Origin: Candidatus Poribacteria bacterium
GTDB lineage: Bacteria > Poribacteria > WGA-4E > WGA-3G
Length of the DNA: 64,000 nucleotides
Assembly: GCA_965197475.1 (NCBI GenBank)
Contig: CBDANF010000003.1
Coordinates: forward strand, 2,592,001-2,656,000
Direction: 5' to 3'
Below are positions 38,613 to 48,114 of this stretch, in pieces. Made by a program: the position numbers and the translations under genes. The stretch's first letter is position 1, and every line of letters starts with the position of its first letter. The notes under the pieces were generated by a model. That model had not been told where the DNA came from. It saw nothing but the letters and a program-made list of their open reading frames with translations, and ran no database searches.

Positions 38613-39947
38613 ATGTTAGAAAAACTATTTCGTTTAAGAGAAAATGGCACGAGTATTAGACGAGAGATTGTCGCTGGAAGTACAACTTTTATGACGCTCT
38701 CGTATATTATTTTTGTTCAACCGTTTTTTCTAAAAGAAGCTGGTATGGACGAAGGAGCAGTATTGGTGGCGACATGTCTTTCCAGTGCGGGGGCAACTTT
38801 TTTGATGGCATTTCTCGCTAACTATCCTGTTGCTCTTGCTCCAGGAATGGGGATAAACACCTATTTCGTTTATGAGATATGTTTAGGAATTGGACTGGAA
38901 TGGCAATATGCTTTAGGTATCGTTTTCATATCTGGCATGTTGTTCGTCCTACTTTCGTTTGTCGGTTTGCGAGCGGCAGTTATGAATGCCCTTCCTACTT
39001 CCCTCCACAATGCAATTGCTGTGGGTATAGGAGCATTCATTGCTTTCATTGGCTTACGTATGAGTGGCATAATTACTTCGCATCCTGCAACGTTTGTAAC
39101 ACTCGGTAATATCCAATCTAAACCAGTACTGATTTCAATTTTTGGGATTTTAATAATACTCACCCTTATGGCACACCGAGTGAAGGGTGCCATGCTAATG
39201 GGAATCCTTGCTACAACTGTAGTTTCTTACATTTTTGGGATTGTAAAATTCGAAGGAATTGTTTCTGCCCCACCATCCATCGCACCAACTTTTTTGCAAT
39301 TACGGTTCCCAGATGTTACAAAGATAGTGGAACTTATCCCATACATTTTTTTCTTTTTTGCAGTTGACATGTTCGATAGTATTGGAACACTGACTGCTAC
39401 TGGTCATGAAGCAGATCTTCTTGAGGATGGCAAACTCTCTAAGGGAAGACAGGCGCTGTTGAGTGATGCTATCGGATCAGTTGGGGGGGCTTGTCTCGGC
39501 ACATCTACAGTGACGTGTTACATTGAAAGTGCTTCAGGAATTGCCGAAGGAGGACGCACTGGATTAACTGCAATTGTTACTGGTCTTTTCATGCTATTGG
39601 CAATGTTTTTTACACCTTTGGTTAAAATTGTTGGTGGTGGATATATCACACCAGATAGTCCTATCCCACTTTACCCAATTATTGGACCTGCATTAATTGT
39701 TGTCGGTGGCATGATGCTCAAAGATCTTGTCAACGTTAATTGGGATGATTTCACAGAAGCAATACCCGCTGCTCTGACGGTTGTTATGATGCCGCTGACT
39801 TTCAGTATTACAGAGGGTATCTCATTCGGTTTTATTTCTATGTCGTTTTTAAAGATTGTCACTGGACGTAGCAAAGATGTGAATCCACTTGTCCATTATT
39901 TTGCTGTTTTCTTCGTCGCTGTGTATATGCGTGATCTATTATTATAG
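38613..39947 (+). CDS. NCS2/AzgA-family purine permease
   Basis: REIVAGSTTFMT, LAPGMG, FDSIGT, YIESASGIAEGGRTG. Confidence 0.93.
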   Translation: MLEKLFRLRENGTSIRREIVAGSTTFMTLSYIIFVQPFFLKEAGMDEGAVLVATCLSSAGATFLMAFLANYPVALAPGMGINTYFVYEICLGIGLEWQYALGIVFISGMLFVLLSFVGLRAAVMNALPTSLHNAIAVGIGAFIAFIGLRMSGIITSHPATFVTLGNIQSKPVLISIFGILIILTLMAHRVKGAMLMGILATTVVSYIFGIVKFEGIVSAPPSIAPTFLQLRFPDVTKIVELIPYIFFFFAVDMFDSIGTLTATGHEADLLEDGKLSKGRQALLSDAIGSVGGACLGTSTVTCYIESASGIAEGGRTGLTAIVTGLFMLLAMFFTPLVKIVGGGYITPDSPIPLYPIIGPALIVVGGMMLKDLVNVNWDDFTEAIPAALTVVMMPLTFSITEGISFGFISMSFLKIVTGRSKDVNPLVHYFAVFFVAVYMRDLLL

Positions 39948-40013
39948 GACTCAGGCAAATTTAGGTTCTGTGATGAAACTGGTAGGGCCCGCAAAAAGGA
40001 GAGTTCAATCAAT

Positions 40014-40295
40014 ATGATCCGGATTATAATAGGACCTGATGCGATCAAAAAAGAAGGATTGGATAGAGTCACAAAATCAATTATCAAAAAAGTCCACAAA
40101 TTTTCTAATGAGAATCATTGTGAAGTCTTATTTCTCACTGGTGTCAAAAAAGGCGATATTAATTATATGATGCGGCATATCCTAAGAGTATTGGATATGG
40201 CGTTGACTATAATGACGCGAGTTGACTCTGATAATATCAAGGATAGTGTGGACCACCACGGTAACGAATTGAAAGTAACTCTAAAAGTGACGTGA
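40014..40295 (+). CDS. Hypothetical protein
   Basis: 93-aa ORF with an AAGGAG RBS. Confidence 0.55.
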   Translation: MIRIIIGPDAIKKEGLDRVTKSIIKKVHKFSNENHCEVLFLTGVKKGDINYMMRHILRVLDMALTIMTRVDSDNIKDSVDHHGNELKVTLKVT

Positions 40296-40429
40296 TGATG
40301 CGGCTCACCTGCAGTATTACAGATGGCATCACATTCGGTTCATATCTCTGTTCGTTTCCAACGGTAGTCATTGGACGCAGAAAAGAGGTGAATCCGCTCG
40401 TTCACTATTTCGCTGTTTTCTATATTGCT
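40292..40429 (+). pseudogene. Degenerate duplicate of the NCS2 permease 3' end
   Basis: GTGATGATGCGGCTCACCTGCAGTATTACAGATGGCATCACATTCGG...GGACGCAGAAAAGAGGTGAATCCGCTCGTTCACTAT aligns with 39783-39920. Confidence 0.85.
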
Positions 40430-40646
40430 CGTTATCGGATTTGCTAAAAATCAGGTGTATTTAAAAAGATTTGAGAATATCGGTTAGATTAGAGTAGAAA
40501 TTTATTGAACTCTGAGTTTAATTTCGGAAATTTAATTTGACTAAATTGGTCGGGTATAGTATAATTGAACACATTATTTTGATAATAGATTTGGTTATCT
40601 CATTATATATCAAAGGTTCTCCTTCTGTCACACAATACTATTTCTT

Positions 40647-40663
40647 TTATCAAACTCACGTTA
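40647..40663. repeat. Solo IS982-type terminal inverted repeat
   Basis: TTATCAAACTCACGTTA is identical to 7559-7575. Confidence 0.8.
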
Positions 40664-40706
40664 AAATATAGTAGCTCTATCAGCAATTTTTGGAGGAATT
40701 TCAACC

Positions 40707-42692
40707 ATGAAAAATTTTGTCTGTCTATTCACCCCGGTAATTCTTATACTATTTGCAACAATCGCTTTTGCACAAAACACCGATAAGGATCTAATTTTTC
40801 ATTTTTCATTTGATGAAGGCAAAGGGAACACGACTGAGGACGTTTCTCCAAATAAGTTAGAAGGAACGATCATAAATGCAGATTGGGGTGACGGCGTTGT
40901 GGGTCAAGCACTCCAATTTAACAATGGAGCTCTTACTGTTCCTGCACTCGGTGTTGATGAACCAGAAGAAATGACAATTGAGTTATGGTTCAAACCGACA
41001 GAGAGAATTGCCTACGGCGACAGGATAGATTTGATATATCGACTTAACGAAGGTGGACGTCCACATTTTACATTCAACCTTTCTGGCATATTATTTGGAT
41101 GCTACCTCGCAACACCTGACTATGAGTTTGTGGTACCGAGTTCATACACGGAGTTTTTTCCACAATGGTACTATCTTGTTTTGACACAAGATCAGGATAA
41201 GGCTGTTCTGTATATTGACGGTGAGATTGATGGTGAAGTATTAACGGGAGGTCCTGTTCGAATGGACTTGGTGAAGAATGGTATGTCCCTTGGTGGACAT
41301 ACAAAACGCAAAAGGTTCTTTAATGGTAGTATTGATGAAGTGAAGATGTGGAATGTTGCTCTCACAGCAGAGGAAATAAAGAAAACATGGAACAAGCATA
41401 CGCAGAATACGCAACTGCTTACTTCCGCAAATCTAAAAGTAGCAGCAAGACAGAAACAGAGCAAAGACCTTGCTGTCAAACAGAAGAAGACGAATATTGA
41501 GATTTGCACACATAATCTCCAAGAAATTGGCAAGGCAATTCAAACCTACCACAAAGAACACGGAGATCATCCTGAATGGCTATCAGACCTTCTTCCTAAA
41601 CACTTAGCAGATGCGGACATTTTGATCTGTCCAGCGGATAAAAATGGTGGTAAAGCACTCTATACCCGAGGTATAGACCCTAATAAGCCTGTGAGTTACA
41701 GCTACGAATTCTTCCCCGCGCAGCGAAAACAGGTGCAGGAGATGCGAACCATGTTTGGTGATACCACACCGCTTGTACGTTGTATGCATCATCAAATTAA
41801 GAAAGAACGTACTACTTTAAACTTGAGTTTTGCAAATAAGGTTTATCAGGCACCTTTGCGACGGTTCAATTCGCCGGTCAAAGTTTATGGTAGCGTTGAT
41901 GCAGCCATTGATGCGTTAAAAGCTGGATTTCAGAAAATGCCTGATAATGAACGTTTCTTCAGTAGTTATCCTACCCTTCTCAACCTGTATATGAAAGCCG
42001 AACGAATGGAAGATGCTGAGAATCTAATAGACCGTTTCAAGGCTCTCGTGAAACCTGATAATTTTTGGCATAATTCCTATCTGGGAGATATGTACAAGGA
42101 TATGAATCGGCATGATGAAGAACTTCAACTATATGAAGATCTTGAAAAACAGATGCCAAAAAATCGCGTTGTCTTTGAGAGACTTGCTAAGATTCATAAG
42201 GAACGAGGCAACACTGAATTGGCATTGGAATATCGGAAAAAGTATGTGCCAGGATTGGCGTTCCTTGGAGAGATGGTTCCCGATTTTTCTGCAACGGATC
42301 TCGACGGTAAACCCATTTCCTTTGAGGCATATCGCGGGAAAGTCATTTTAGTAGATTTCTGGGCAGTGTGGTGTGGACCGTGCGTCGCCGAAATGCCCAA
42401 CGTCAAAAAGGTTTACGAAAAGTATAAGGACAAAGGATTTGATATTATCGGAATCAGTCTTGACAACGATGAAAAACAACTCCGTGATTTTCTCAAAAAG
42501 AACGAGATACCTTGGCGACAAGTTTACAGTGGGAAAGGATGGGATAGTCCAGTTTCACAACAGTATGGTATTTATTCTATTCCCAATATGTGGCTTATTG
42601 ACAAAGAGGGCAAATTAATATCTAATAGTGCAAGAGGTGAAAAGTTAGAGAGCATGGTTGCCGAAGCACTCAAGGAAAAGTCAGCAGATTAA
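40707..42692 (+). CDS. Secreted LamG + pseudopilin-like + TPR + TlpA/redoxin multidomain protein
   Basis: Signal peptide, FSFDEG...FNGSIDEVKMWN, CTHNLQEIGKAIQTY, TPR-like helices, DFWAVWCGPC. Confidence 0.8.
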   Translation: MKNFVCLFTPVILILFATIAFAQNTDKDLIFHFSFDEGKGNTTEDVSPNKLEGTIINADWGDGVVGQALQFNNGALTVPALGVDEPEEMTIELWFKPTERIAYGDRIDLIYRLNEGGRPHFTFNLSGILFGCYLATPDYEFVVPSSYTEFFPQWYYLVLTQDQDKAVLYIDGEIDGEVLTGGPVRMDLVKNGMSLGGHTKRKRFFNGSIDEVKMWNVALTAEEIKKTWNKHTQNTQLLTSANLKVAARQKQSKDLAVKQKKTNIEICTHNLQEIGKAIQTYHKEHGDHPEWLSDLLPKHLADADILICPADKNGGKALYTRGIDPNKPVSYSYEFFPAQRKQVQEMRTMFGDTTPLVRCMHHQIKKERTTLNLSFANKVYQAPLRRFNSPVKVYGSVDAAIDALKAGFQKMPDNERFFSSYPTLLNLYMKAERMEDAENLIDRFKALVKPDNFWHNSYLGDMYKDMNRHDEELQLYEDLEKQMPKNRVVFERLAKIHKERGNTELALEYRKKYVPGLAFLGEMVPDFSATDLDGKPISFEAYRGKVILVDFWAVWCGPCVAEMPNVKKVYEKYKDKGFDIIGISLDNDEKQLRDFLKKNEIPWRQVYSGKGWDSPVSQQYGIYSIPNMWLIDKEGKLISNSARGEKLESMVAEALKEKSAD

Positions 42693-42709
42693 CAAAGTAA
42701 GATGTTAAT

Positions 42710-42733
42710 AGGCGCGGATGAAACCGCGCCTTT
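42710..42733 (+). terminator. REP-like hairpin / terminator
   Basis: AGGCGCGG-ATGAAA-CCGCGCCT-TT; same family as the hairpin at 50071. Confidence 0.65.
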
Positions 42734-42785
42734 AACTATATTTGTTCTTGACAACATTTAAGTGAACTGTAGAATCTCAAATGAA

Positions 42786-43538
42786 ATGCGAGCATTATTT
42801 CTCACTCTCTGCAGTCTCTTGTTGCTTTTTGCGTGCGGTTCTGATGAAATACCGGAACCTGCAGAAACAAAACCGAACTACTTCCCCGATGCTATCGGAA
42901 GCAGATGGGTTTACCGAAACGCTGACGGAATCCAATGGACATGGTTAGTCAAAGAAGAAATAGTTATAGACGATATTAACTATCGGTTCTTGGAAAATAC
43001 ACCGGTTATGGCGGGACCTGAATTTGATTACTTGATACCTACCTTCAACCGTTTTTCAGAAAATCAAATCCATCTCAACATCGGTGAAAAAATTGATAGT
43101 TACATCCAAACCGAACTTCCAAATGCAGTAAAGGATGAATTTGCAGGATTGGAAATAAATGTTGCTGTAGACCCAAAACTATATCCCGAACTCTTTTTCT
43201 TTCAAATCCCCCTAAAACCGAATTTTCAATGGGATGCTCTTAATATAAAAGTCAATGGAAACATTATGTTACAAAACCTAACTCTCCTCCAATTTCCTTT
43301 TGACGTACATTTTTATATCAAAGGGGAAATAATTGGTGAAGATTCTATTGAAACATCTGCTGGTAAGTTTGCGAACGCATTTCAGGTAAAATATATCACT
43401 GAAACCACCTATATTGTTTTTTCTAATGAGGAGTCAACCATGCGCAGCCAAACAATATGGTTTGTTCCCCATGTAGGTATTGTAAAAATCGAAGATGAGC
43501 GCGGTGTTACAGAATTGATTGAATATATATTGAAATGA
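42786..43538 (+). CDS. Putative lipoprotein
   Basis: Lipobox LFAC; YFP..GSRWVY and WFVPHVGIVK motifs. Confidence 0.75.
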   Translation: MRALFLTLCSLLLLFACGSDEIPEPAETKPNYFPDAIGSRWVYRNADGIQWTWLVKEEIVIDDINYRFLENTPVMAGPEFDYLIPTFNRFSENQIHLNIGEKIDSYIQTELPNAVKDEFAGLEINVAVDPKLYPELFFFQIPLKPNFQWDALNIKVNGNIMLQNLTLLQFPFDVHFYIKGEIIGEDSIETSAGKFANAFQVKYITETTYIVFSNEESTMRSQTIWFVPHVGIVKIEDERGVTELIEYILK

Positions 43539-44602
43539 AAGTTGTTATCTTAAGTGACAATAAACCAGGGCATTACAAGCAATCTTTAGGCATTGTTCAG
43601 AAAATGCCTGAATCTCAAATGGAGTGGCTTGAGATACAATTCCGAAGTAAGTGGCGCGATAATATAGTGCGTATTTTGATGTGTATTTTCGGAGGTGTAC
43701 AACTTCCTACTCTCTTAATGCATGCCCTTTTGCGATGGGCACTTGAAGTATCCGCCTATAACGCTATTGCAAAAATCCAAGATATAGATATTGTTCTTTC
43801 AACAGGTTCATCCCTCGCAGCGGTCAATTTACTTCTCGGTAAAATCCTCAATGCCAAAACTATCACTTGTCGCAGACCTTCGCCTGTAGGCATCCGTCAT
43901 TTTGACCTCGCAATTCTTCCAATGCTTTCCTGGCACAATGCGGGGCGGAGAGATAATGTCTGCAAAACGATTGGCGTTCCAAACCCTATTTCTCCAGATA
44001 CACTAAATGCCGAGCGAACACAATTGCAGCAGAAACTCAATCTGTTGGACAGTCCGCGCATCGGGATACTCATCGGTGGAACGGACAAACATGAGACTAT
44101 CACTATAGAAGACGCAGAGCATTTAAGCGAGATTTGCAAGGCAGTTGCCGAGAAAATGAACGCTCAAATACTACTTACGACATCGCGTAGAACGCCATCA
44201 GATGTCACGGCATACTTGAAATCAAGTCTTGAGCACGCCGATTGGTGTCCATTGTTTATTGAACCCGATTCACCTTCAAAAATTGACGATCCCTATCAAA
44301 CCATTCTTGCAGTAAGCGATCTGCTTATCGTATCAGCAGACAGTTTCTCAATGGTATGTGAAGCCGCAAGCAGCGGACAGAAGGTGATTGTGTTATCACT
44401 GTCTCGAAAAAGCAGGAGGCATCCAAAACGTTATAATGTCTATGAGTATATGGAACAACATTCAATTGTGAGGCGGTGTATACTCGGTGAGCTATCACAG
44501 CAAATTGACGAAGCACTTGCATCAAGTGGCGATACAAACACACTACTCCAAGATACAGAAAAGGCTGTGAGGGCAATCCATTGTTTGGTTGCTAACAATT
44601 GA
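43535..44602 (+). CDS. ELM1/GtrOC1-family putative glycosyltransferase
   Basis: SDNKPGHYKQS, LIGG, TTSRRTP, ADSFSMVCEA. Confidence 0.85.
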   Translation: MKVVILSDNKPGHYKQSLGIVQKMPESQMEWLEIQFRSKWRDNIVRILMCIFGGVQLPTLLMHALLRWALEVSAYNAIAKIQDIDIVLSTGSSLAAVNLLLGKILNAKTITCRRPSPVGIRHFDLAILPMLSWHNAGRRDNVCKTIGVPNPISPDTLNAERTQLQQKLNLLDSPRIGILIGGTDKHETITIEDAEHLSEICKAVAEKMNAQILLTTSRRTPSDVTAYLKSSLEHADWCPLFIEPDSPSKIDDPYQTILAVSDLLIVSADSFSMVCEAASSGQKVIVLSLSRKSRRHPKRYNVYEYMEQHSIVRRCILGELSQQIDEALASSGDTNTLLQDTEKAVRAIHCLVANN

Positions 44603-44694
44603 GAAAATTGGAACTTCTTTCAAAAATTGGTGTGAGTATTTCAAGGTATCGTAGAAACAGATATCAATTTACATCAACTTTAGAGGAGATAACA

Positions 44695-45795
44695 ATGAAA
44701 GTTAGAAGTTTAGTTTATATACTCACGCTCTTGATAATTTTGGGAATGGCTGCGTTTCTCGTAGTACCTTCAGAGGCAGAAACTGCTCAAAACGACTCCG
44801 TATCTTCAAAAAAGTCCACAGATTCCGAAAAAAAGTCCACAGATTCCGAAAAAAAGTCCACAGATTCCGAAGTTGAAGCGGAATTAGAGGGTAAGGTCGA
44901 CGAAGTTTTGGAAAAGGTTAACGAAACCCTGAAAGGCATTACGGAACTTGCCGAAGATGAAAACTTTAACGAAGAAAACTTCGATGTTGATGCATTTACG
45001 GAAAAGGTAAAGGGATTGTTTAGTAATCTTGATGACATAGAAGGCGTAGAGGTTATAATATCAGAACCATCCACCAAGATCTCAAAAATCTTCAAAGATA
45101 TCGAAGGGTATACGGAATTTGAAAAGAAGGTTCAGGAACTCGCCAAAGATGAAAACCTCAATCCTGATGAATTTGCAAAAAAGGTTATGGAACTGGCTAA
45201 AAATCTCAACATAAAGTCTTCCTTTATTCTTGACAAAGACGATGTAAAGATTTTTCAAATCGGCCCACACGTGACCACAAAAACCCTCAAAGATACCAAA
45301 GGGTTAAAAGAATTGATGAAGATGATTGAGAAACTTGGCGAAGACAGAAACCTTGACGAAGAGCAGTTGGCGAACAAAATAAAAAATCTGATTAAGAATT
45401 CAAAAATTGGCTCTACCTCTGACTTTGCGATAGGAGACGTTAAGGTTGTAACAGTCGGACCAACCGAGTTATCAAAAATATTCAAAGACCCCAAAGTGGT
45501 TAAGGAATTGGAAGCGGAGATTAAGAAACTCGCCGAAGACGAAAACCTTGACGAAGAGCAGTTGGCGAACAAAATAAAGGAACTGCTTAAGGGTCAGAAA
45601 TTTGATTCAACCTCTATCATGGACATAGGAGGCGTAAAGGTTATAAAACATGGATCACGTATGTCTTCAAATATGTCTAAAGACTCCAAAGCTATTGGAG
45701 AATTGAAGCAGAGGATTGAGAAATTAGAGAAGAAGATTGATAAACTAATTGAAAAACTTGATAAAGAACATTCCGAGTCTTCGGAAACTCAGTAA
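44695..45795 (+). CDS. Exported protein with 65-aa internal repeats and a C-terminal coiled coil
   Basis: Signal peptide; repeats of LAEDENLDEEQLANKIK.L...VKV...GP...K..KD at 195-bp spacing. Confidence 0.8.
   Translation: MKVRSLVYILTLLIILGMAAFLVVPSEAETAQNDSVSSKKSTDSEKKSTDSEKKSTDSEVEAELEGKVDEVLEKVNETLKGITELAEDENFNEENFDVDAFTEKVKGLFSNLDDIEGVEVIISEPSTKISKIFKDIEGYTEFEKKVQELAKDENLNPDEFAKKVMELAKNLNIKSSFILDKDDVKIFQIGPHVTTKTLKDTKGLKELMKMIEKLGEDRNLDEEQLANKIKNLIKNSKIGSTSDFAIGDVKVVTVGPTELSKIFKDPKVVKELEAEIKKLAEDENLDEEQLANKIKELLKGQKFDSTSIMDIGGVKVIKHGSRMSSNMSKDSKAIGELKQRIEKLEKKIDKLIEKLDKEHSESSETQ
44808..44870 (+). repeat. 21-bp tandem repeat x3 (KKSTDSE)
   Basis: Three perfect copies of AAAAAAGTCCACAGATTCCGA. 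Confidence 0.95.
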
Positions 45796-45988
45796 TGATT
45801 GACAGAGTAAGTAAATTTGAATGTGTATGGCGAGGTAAGATATCTCGCCATAATCAATTCTAATACCCGTGCTGATTGTGACTCCTTATTTGTTGAAGTA
45901 TTTTACATTTTGAATTGTATATGCAGATTCTACGATTGTCAAGTGGTATAACGGCTTATTTTCCTATTCTACACCAAAACCGAATTAC

Positions 45989-46017
45989 TTGACATAAAGC
46001 GTAAATTGTGGTATTAT
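45989..46017 (+). promoter_or_regulatory. Sigma70-type promoter
   Basis: TTGACA-17 bp-TATTAT with an extended TG. Confidence 0.7.
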
Positions 46018-46107
46018 ACTTATTGAGACTATGTTCCTTCTAACTATTGAAAGAGTTTTGGCAAGATGGGCATCAAAGTACCGCCCGCAAGGAGTTAAAT
46101 ACATACT

Positions 46108-48096
46108 ATGCCAAATGCATTATTTGTTTATCCGAAGTTCCCACCATCATATTGGGGTTTTAAATACGCCTTAGACTTCCTTGGTAAAAAATCATCGATG
46201 CCTCCTCTTGGACTATTGACTATTGCCGGAATGTTTCCCAATAATTACAACTTAAAAGTCGTTGATATGAACATTGAACCTCTGACAGATGCACATCTCG
46301 ATTGGGCAGATATGGTACTCACATCAACGATGATTGTTCAAAAAGCATCGCTTTATGAGGTTGTAGAACAATCTAATCGCGCTGGCGTGCCGATTATTGC
46401 AGGTGGACCCCATCCGACATCTTATTACGACAATATTAAAGAAGAATGTGACGGGACAGTAGATCATTTCCTTTTTGGTGAGGTTGAAGAGATTTTTGAA
46501 GACTTCTTGACAGATTTTGAAAGCGGGACAGCAAATGAGGTTTATCGAGAAACCAAAAAACCGGATATTACAAAGACACCTCCACCAAGATATGACTTAA
46601 TTGATTTAAATGCTTATGGGTCAATGGCACTGCAATTTTCTCGCGGATGTCCATTCAACTGCGAATTTTGCGATATTACCAAATTATTCGGACGCGTGCC
46701 ACGTACTAAAACCAATGAACAGATGCTTGCTGAGTTTGAACTGTTGTATAAGTTAGGGTGGACGGGTTCAATGTTTGTCGTTGATGACAACTTTATCGGT
46801 AATAAACGTGATGCGATGCGTTTACTCCCTGCCGTTAAGAAATGGCAAGAGGAACGCGGTTTTCCGTTCTCGCTCTATACCGAAGCGAGTGTAAACCTTG
46901 TTGAAATCCCCGAAATGCTTGATGCGATGAGTATCGCAGGGTTTAATATGGTATTTCTCGGTATTGAAACGCCTAATGAAGAAGCACTGATTACGACTTC
47001 TAAAGGGCAAAACACAAGTAAAGAGGAGGACGCGGGGAGTTACCTGTTGCATGCTATCAGAAAGATTCAGCACAAGGGAATGGAAGTCACTGGTGGTTTT
47101 ATTATCGGTCTTGATGGTGATACCGAGTTTGATTCACACATCAATTTCATTCAGGAAGCGGGAATCCCGATGGCAATGGCAGGATTGTTGACTGCCCTGA
47201 AAGAAACAGACCTTTGGCACCGATTGAAAAAGGAAGATCGACTGCTCGTAGAATCAAGCGGCAATAATACCGATATGAGCCTGAATTTTGTCCCTGAAAT
47301 GCCGCGCGTGAAACTTATTGAAGAATATCGACGTGTAATTTCTACTCTTTACGATCCGACTTTGAAGAACTATTTTGCGCGTTGTTATAAAATGCTTCAA
47401 CACCTGCCATACACCTCACATAATGTCAGCCCTATTCAAAAAGACGAAGTGCGCGCGTTTTTCCTATCAATCCAGCGACAACTCTTCTCCAGACAAGGAC
47501 TGGAGTACGCGAAATTTTTGGCGAAAGTGGTTAAAAAGGATCGCCGGATGTTCCCTAAAGCAGTCCGATTAGCAGTCATGGGGTATCATTTGGAAAAAAT
47601 TACACGTCATACCGTCGCAGTCGAAGATTTTAGAACGTTCTTAACAGGAGAAATGGATTCGTTTAAAGCGAAAATTTCGCAATTCGCACATGCTCAAGGC
47701 GATCGGATGCATGAAATTCAGAAATACACACGGCAACTTTGTGCGAGAGTAAAGTCGGAATACGAATCTATCCATAAAGACTTTCGCTACGATGCTCATA
47801 GTGCCCTTGAAAATTTCCAAAAATCTATGTTTAAGGTGTATTTAGAAGCAGAATTTCAAGCTTTTAAGGAGGCTGTTGGTGCCTTCGCGAAAGCACAAAG
47901 CGAGCGTCTTGCTGAGTTGCAAAGCTATCTCAGTAAACTCTTTGCCCGTGTTAGCGCGCAACAGGCGCAACTCCATGATGATTTCAAGCAGAACATTCAG
48001 GAAACATTTGACACATTCCAAGAATCGATCACTGGGCATTTAGAGCAGCTCTTCGGTTTTATGCCTGTGAAAATTGAAGAATTGCAACACGACTGA
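46108..48096 (+). CDS. B12-binding radical SAM protein (DUF4070 type) with a duplicated helical C-terminus
   Basis: PPLGLLT, GGPH, SRGCPFNCEFC, VDDNFIGN. Confidence 0.9.
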   Translation: MPNALFVYPKFPPSYWGFKYALDFLGKKSSMPPLGLLTIAGMFPNNYNLKVVDMNIEPLTDAHLDWADMVLTSTMIVQKASLYEVVEQSNRAGVPIIAGGPHPTSYYDNIKEECDGTVDHFLFGEVEEIFEDFLTDFESGTANEVYRETKKPDITKTPPPRYDLIDLNAYGSMALQFSRGCPFNCEFCDITKLFGRVPRTKTNEQMLAEFELLYKLGWTGSMFVVDDNFIGNKRDAMRLLPAVKKWQEERGFPFSLYTEASVNLVEIPEMLDAMSIAGFNMVFLGIETPNEEALITTSKGQNTSKEEDAGSYLLHAIRKIQHKGMEVTGGFIIGLDGDTEFDSHINFIQEAGIPMAMAGLLTALKETDLWHRLKKEDRLLVESSGNNTDMSLNFVPEMPRVKLIEEYRRVISTLYDPTLKNYFARCYKMLQHLPYTSHNVSPIQKDEVRAFFLSIQRQLFSRQGLEYAKFLAKVVKKDRRMFPKAVRLAVMGYHLEKITRHTVAVEDFRTFLTGEMDSFKAKISQFAHAQGDRMHEIQKYTRQLCARVKSEYESIHKDFRYDAHSALENFQKSMFKVYLEAEFQAFKEAVGAFAKAQSERLAELQSYLSKLFARVSAQQAQLHDDFKQNIQETFDTFQESITGHLEQLFGFMPVKIEELQHD

Positions 48097-48114
48097 TGGC
48101 AATCGTATGTTATT

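Noticed and set aside
44808-44870. CRISPR-like repeat
   Set aside because: Head-to-tail 21-bp copies without spacers, in frame within a CDS; no cas genes.
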